Origin: Hydrolagus affinis
Taxonomy: Eukaryota
Direction of reading: 5' to 3'
NCBI GenBank assembly: GCA_012026655.1
Contig: JAAILG010000750.1
Span: 1-64,000, forward strand
Length of the DNA: 64,000 nt
In this document: one piece after another, positions 61,301-64,000 of the stretch
How positions within the stretch are numbered: the stretch's first letter is position 1
Layout: the number at the start of each line of letters is the position of its first letter
The notes under the pieces: generated by a model
Database searches by the model: none
Seen by the model: the letters and a program-made list of their open reading frames with translations, nothing else
Told to the model about the DNA's origin: nothing
Made by a program: the position numbers and the translations under genes

Positions 61301-62814
61301 AGCTGCCTGCCCCTTTTCACACCTTAGAATTAAACCTTTTTGTCATTGGCCTCTGATCTGAACCAATGTGGTGAATGGATCCGATGGCTGCTATTCTAGG
61401 GCAGCGGTGGCCAACTCGTGTGGCCCGTGGAGCTGTCAAGAAGTGGCCTCCCTGAATATTCGGACGGATCTAGGTAAGTGCGTGTTCGATCAGGAGTGTG
61501 TTTTCAGTCATTTCTCGATTGGATATTTCTCGATTTATGGCATATTCCCTCAAGAATAATTATTTTGTTAGCCTCCCATAGAGGTTCTAGAGAGTGGTGA
61601 TCAACGAGCAAGACAATGTCAGGCTTTTCTCCTCTGTGTGGCAGAATGTTCATTTGGGTTTGTTTCAATTCATCTCTTCATTAGTTACCCACGTTTTTTT
61701 GTTTACCTTTAAGTGTTGAAGACATTGAGATCTGTGTGTTTCAGGGAGAAGTATGCTCTAGAACAGGACATCCGGGAAAAAGAAGAATCCATCAGGCAGA
61801 AAACAAATGAGGTACAGGTAAGTAGATAGCATATAAGAATTGTAATGATTAGTTAATCAATGGGTTAAAATCACTAATATACTGTGCCACTATATAATAG
61901 TGTATGGAGGTTAGTGAAGTGTTTTCTACTCTGTAATACATGAAGACCAGTGGACTGAAAACCTGACTACATATAGATAGCAAATTCCATTCAATCCATC
62001 ACCACAAGCTGGAAAAATAGCAGCTTTTAAGTTACATGATTTTGAAGGACAAGGTTTAAAACCATTCTGTATGTGGGGCATGATTTATGATTAAGTTTAT
62101 AAACATATTGTTTTATGTTGCGAATTAATTATTTAATAAAGTGGGTTGATCATTTGGGGTTTTGTATATTCTACTAAGAATACACTGTGTACAATAAATA
62201 GTTGCTTGGGGTAGAATGCTGCATATCAGCAGGCTGACTATCTTATCTGTTTTCATCTGATGTGAAGTTTAGCTGTGATGTGGTGAAACATATCGGTTGC
62301 ATGTAGACATACAAGGTTTCCAAGAATAAGGAGGGGGCCTGTGAACCAGTTATGTAAGGTGTTATTTAGTTGTTTATTATACATGAAAAATAGATCAGAG
62401 AAAGAAGAGCTGTAACAGTATAGTGACGCATAGGATTTTATGTAAAGTGTTTGACAGGTGATTTGTATGTTGTGTGATGATCTGTTGTCCGCAGTGTTTC
62501 CATATCAACAATGGGATTGATCTAATGAATGGACTTCTATGTTTACGTGACTAAACCATATTTCAGAGGTGACTCTAGTAGTGCAAACCCAAGCATTGTC
62601 TTTTTATGAATTGAGCGTTTGACTAAAAAGTTGGACCTGTGTTTGACGGCAGGAGTTACAGAACGACCTGGACAGAGAGACCACAAACCTGCAGGAGCTG
62701 GAGTCTCAGAAGCAGTCTGCGCAGGACAGGCTGGACGAGATGGACCAGCAGAAGGCCAAACTGGAGGACATGCTAAACGACATTCGACAAAAGTGTCACG
62801 AGGAGAATCAGATG
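18789..62814 (+). CDS. EPS15L1: Epidermal growth factor receptor substrate 15-like 1, 3'-partial; coding exons 1-14 (3 EH domains + start of coiled coil)
   Basis: Spliced translation MAALVSLTQ|[14 protein letters not shown]|[30 protein letters not shown]|[16 protein letters not shown]|[16 protein letters not shown]...; contains the EPS15L1-type segment [18 protein letters not shown]; all introns GT-AG and in frame. Confidence 0.96.
20852..21430 (-). mobile_element. L2-type LINE 3' fragment
   Basis: ORF 20946..21503: [23 protein letters not shown]...[27 protein letters not shown]; (caa)n tail at ~20855. Confidence 0.85.
22955..23085 (+). mobile_element. CR1 3' tail fragment
   Basis: gatgggctgaatggcctccttctctgctgtataattctttgattct matches the tails at 700-765 and 31670-31731. 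Confidence 0.75.
23557..24634 (+). mobile_element. Tigger/pogo-derived element (inner, opposite orientation)
   Basis: TA|CAGCAGAAGCCTGTTTATCCG ... CGGATAAATGGGCTTTTACTG|TA; transposase N-terminal remnants [15 protein letters not shown] (+, ~24431-24475) and [23 protein letters not shown] (-, ~23716-23784). Confidence 0.7.
23906..24263 (+). mobile_element. hAT-like MITE (358-bp copy)
   Basis: TIR TAGGGTCCG / CGGACCCTA; 8-bp TSD ctgataac / ccgataac; many internal ATATCG(G/A) repeats. Confidence 0.88.
27155..27445 (-). mobile_element. SINE (main family)
   Basis: Shared body: tctcaaagcgcttcacagaatat...caattgcgcacagcagtgtcccacaaa...ggaaacttgccca. Confidence 0.85.
27787..28105 (-). mobile_element. 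SINE (main family), near full length
   Basis: Tail ataataatccttgcatttgatata through head caagtgctctaaccac; internal 14-bp tandem duplication ggtctccccagctt. Confidence 0.85.
29646..30030. mobile_element. two SINE (main family) pieces in opposite orientation
   Basis: Plus-strand head with A box tagctaagtggt and B box ggtttgattccc (29646-29850), then a minus-strand tail/body (29890-30030). Confidence 0.8.
30738..31731 (+). mobile_element. CR1-type LINE 3' ~1 kb fragment (degenerate RT); short L2-type tail inserted at ~30980-31040
   Basis: FADDAKLG-like RT motif at ~30738, [22 protein letters not shown], ends in (attctatg)n. Confidence 0.9.
34066..34195 (+). mobile_element. old Deu-domain SINE fragment
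   Basis: gaggtgccatccttagcgtgagactttaaattgaggttccatctgcc...ggtggaacttaaagatcttatg...tggccaaca. Confidence 0.55.
34420..34860 (+). mobile_element. degenerate L2 reverse-transcriptase fragment
   Basis: [16 protein letters not shown] and [10 protein letters not shown] (YADD-like motif) in shifted frames. Confidence 0.65.
39875..40170 (-). mobile_element. SINE (main family), near full length
   Basis: Same body as the 27787 and 45365 copies. Confidence 0.85.
42590..42880 (+). mobile_element. old SINE-like repeat (second family)
   Basis: Shared motifs gagtcatacaga, gatctcagcc, aatcagcca, gtcaagtgaggactga and atgaagaatg with 51625-51975. Confidence 0.6.
43535..43665 (-). mobile_element. SINE (main family) 3' part
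   Basis: ataataat..tttgatatagcgcttttcacgtcttctaaacgtctcaaagcgc. Confidence 0.85.
44207..44320 (-). mobile_element. SINE (main family) 3' part
   Basis: Same tail and body motifs as other copies. Confidence 0.8.
44915..44956 (+). CDS. EPS15L1: EPS15L1 exon 2
   Basis: ttgcag|CTTTCC...CGGCAG|gtgaga; [14 protein letters not shown]. Confidence 0.93.
45365..45670 (-). mobile_element. SINE (main family), full length
   Basis: Tail through head gttctaaccactgagctacaggg (reverse complement of the tRNA A-box region). Confidence 0.85.
46023..46112 (+). CDS. EPS15L1: EPS15L1 exon 3 (EH1)
   Basis: ccacag|GTGGAT...GGAAAG|gtaaga; [30 protein letters not shown]. Confidence 0.95.
47303..47317 (-). promoter_or_regulatory. 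candidate CTCF site
   Basis: Reverse complement CCAGTAGATGGCGCT is a close match to the CTCF core. Confidence 0.45.
49706..49753 (+). CDS. EPS15L1: EPS15L1 exon 4 (EH1)
   Basis: ctgcag|ATTTGG...AAACCG|gtacgt; [16 protein letters not shown]. Confidence 0.95.
49803..49915 (+). mobile_element. SINE (main family) 3' part occupying most of EPS15L1 intron 4
   Basis: ttcactttacagtatattctgtgaaa..tttgagacatctc..aaatgcaaatattattatt. Confidence 0.75.
49951..50046 (+). CDS. EPS15L1: EPS15L1 exon 5
   Basis: tcgtag|GGCTTT...AAATTT|gtaagt; [32 protein letters not shown]. Confidence 0.95.
50800..50862 (+). CDS. EPS15L1: EPS15L1 exon 6
   Basis: ctacag|CATGAC...GTAAGG|gtaagt; [21 protein letters not shown]. 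Confidence 0.95.
51331..51456 (+). CDS. EPS15L1: EPS15L1 exon 7 (EH2)
   Basis: gcacag|CCCGAG...GGAAGG|gtaaga; [42 protein letters not shown]. Confidence 0.95.
51625..51975 (+). mobile_element. old SINE-like repeat (second family)
   Basis: agccatacagac..ggaaaatcagccagggttcc..gtcaagtgaggactga..atgaagaatggccac; related pieces at ~19965-20170 (-), 42590, 49080-49300, 55700-55880 (-), 60020-60150. Confidence 0.6.
52560..52812 (+). mobile_element. SINE (main family)
   Basis: gacctgggttcaattaccggcag B-box region through ccatatcaaatgccaggatt. Confidence 0.75.
52930..53029. other. assembly gap (100 N) in EPS15L1 intron 7
   Basis: Run of N. Confidence 1.
53290..53349 (+). CDS. EPS15L1: EPS15L1 exon 8 (EH2)
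   Basis: atgcag|GTTTGG...GCTGTG|gtaaga; [20 protein letters not shown]. Confidence 0.95.
53351..53505 (-). mobile_element. CR1-type 3' tail, antisense, abutting the exon 8 donor
   Basis: taagaacatagaacataagaataaggagcaggagtaggcc...gccattcaataaaatcatggctga is the reverse complement of a CR1-type 3' end with a (ttct(t)atg)n tail. Confidence 0.7.
54832..55062 (+). CDS. EPS15L1: EPS15L1 exon 9
   Basis: ttgtag|GCGATG...AAACAG|gtaata; [15 protein letters not shown]...[16 protein letters not shown]...PKHAKQ. Confidence 0.93.
56016..56170 (+). CDS. EPS15L1: EPS15L1 exon 10 (EH3)
   Basis: tttcag|ACATTA...ATCTG|gtaagt; [52 protein letters not shown]. Confidence 0.95.
56350..56830. mobile_element. tail-to-tail inverted pair of main-family SINEs
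   Basis: Plus copy 56350-56580 and minus copy 56680-56830. Confidence 0.8.
58948..59104 (+). CDS. EPS15L1: EPS15L1 exon 11 (EH3)
   Basis: tggcag|GGCTCTA...GCATCA|gtgagt; [52 protein letters not shown]. Confidence 0.95.
59170..59700. mobile_element. full-length minus-strand SINE followed by a plus-strand 3' fragment
   Basis: Minus copy 59170-59545 (head cacttgcgaggcgagtgatctaacca) and plus fragment 59575-59700. Confidence 0.8.
59889..59974 (+). CDS. EPS15L1: EPS15L1 exon 12
   Basis: taatag|GACAGT...CAAAG|gtaaat; [28 protein letters not shown](R). Confidence 0.95.
60213..60370 (-). mobile_element. CR1 3' tail fragment
   Basis: tagaatcatagaattatacagggcaggagagccatttgacccatc is the reverse complement of the CR1 tail. 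Confidence 0.7.
61745..61817 (+). CDS. EPS15L1: EPS15L1 exon 13 (coiled coil)
   Basis: tttcag|GGAGAAG...GTACAG|gtaagt; [24 protein letters not shown]. Confidence 0.95.
62653..62814 (+). CDS. EPS15L1: EPS15L1 exon 14 (coiled coil)
   Basis: cggcag|GAGTTA...CAGATG|gtaaga; [54 protein letters not shown]. Confidence 0.95.
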
Positions 62815-62864
62815 GTAAGAACGAAGAGGACTCAGTACCCGAATAAATCCAGTAAATAATGAGA

Positions 62865-63535
62865 ATAATAGGGTCACTCGATCCACCACTGTTTGTGAGA
62901 CACTCTTGTGTACAATTGGTTGCTGCCTTTCGCCCACAAAATATACAAATCAAATGACTTTACAGTCTATTCTGCGAAGTGCCTTGAGATGGCTTGAAGA
63001 CGTGATAAGTCTCCATATCAAATGCAAGGATTATTATTATTATTATTGTAAATGAACTGAAGTGGGTTTTGTGCCATAATCTGGATTGCAGCATATAATG
63101 AAAGTCCCCACCATTGGATGCCTTTTGCAAATTCAATTAGTTTTTTTTCCTGATTATTAAAATTAGGTCACGTACTAAGCAATCTTTAAAGCTTGTCATT
63201 GTGAAAACAAGCAGGCGGGTGGAGATTAGACTTTTAATGATTTTGTGTGACTCGAATATATTTGTGTGTGCGCGTGTGTCTGCATATGTAAGACCATTAT
63301 TATGAACATAATTTCTGAAAACATATCTCTTTATACCAGCTGACTTCCTGTAATGCTGGCTCTGTATTCTACTTCATCAACCTCAATTCTTATATTCTTA
63401 ATAATACTAATCTCTGTGTTTGATATAGAGCCTTAGCACGTCTTTGAGACGTCTCAAGACTTTTACAGCATTACTCTGTAAAGTGAATTGACTGTATATT
63501 TTGTGGGGGGAAAGCCGCAACCAATTGCACATAAT
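62865..63535. mobile_element. inverted pair of main-family SINE 3' parts
   Basis: Plus copy 62865-63047 and minus copy 63398-63535. Confidence 0.8.
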
Positions 63536-64000
63536 TAGGTGATAAGGAGAGACATGGAGAACTTTAAACCTTGGAGACAAGAAAGGTGTTTAAAAACGCT
63601 GTATCTCTGTTTAAAAAAAACTGTCTGGAATGGATCACTTCTGGGCTCAGTGTGTTAGTTGTTGAGTCTTCATTTGCGTGTTGCTTTAATATCCCTAAAC
63701 CCTTGAGTGTTGCAGCATTGTAATGATCACAGCCAGATGTTCCTTACATAAGATGATTACACCCTCTATAGGAAACCTGCATCCTTTGTTCCAGCACAGA
63801 TCTAATCGCATTGTTATTTAGTATGCCAGGGTAGCATTCCAATACACCACCAGATTGATCATTATTTATTTCATTGTATTGTTCCCACATGGTGTCTGGC
63901 TAGCACGACTGAATGGGGTGGTCCAGGTCTCGGACCTCCATATGGCCACCAACAGTGCTTTTCAGCGACTTCCAATTAGCCAGTTTGCTTTCCCCCATGA

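Noticed and set aside
62543-62953. 136-aa minus-strand and 75-aa plus-strand ORFs over exon 14
   Set aside because: Antisense and off-frame shadows of EPS15L1 exon 14.

Overview
Vertebrate genomic DNA. The repeat content (CR1 tails, L2 fragments, Deu-domain/SacSINE-like SINEs) suggests a cartilaginous fish; this is an inference. Two spliced genes lie in tandem on the + strand. (1) The 3' eight coding exons of a RAD23-family gene (end of UBL, UBA1, XPC-binding/STI1, UBA2; stop at 11817-11819), with a probable ~3.9 kb 3' UTR. (2) EPS15L1: CpG-island promoter, coding exons 1-14 (three EH domains and the start of the coiled coil), a 26 kb first intron, and the gene continues past the window. All exon phases were read from the sequence and join in frame. 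Introns contain many SINEs, CR1 and L2 fragments, a hAT-like MITE family (3 copies) and a nested Tigger/pogo MITE cluster; there is a 100-N gap at 52930-53029. The two most notable observations are an inverted ~60 bp copy of EPS15L1 exon 1 (ATG, YY1 motif and splice donor intact) inserted 1.5 kb upstream with microhomology at both ends, and a RAD23 gene with mixed A/B sequence features placed directly upstream of EPS15L1, which may be a third RAD23 ohnologue lost in mammals. Most short ORFs in the supplied track are spurious. Family names and human comparisons are from memory, not from database searches.
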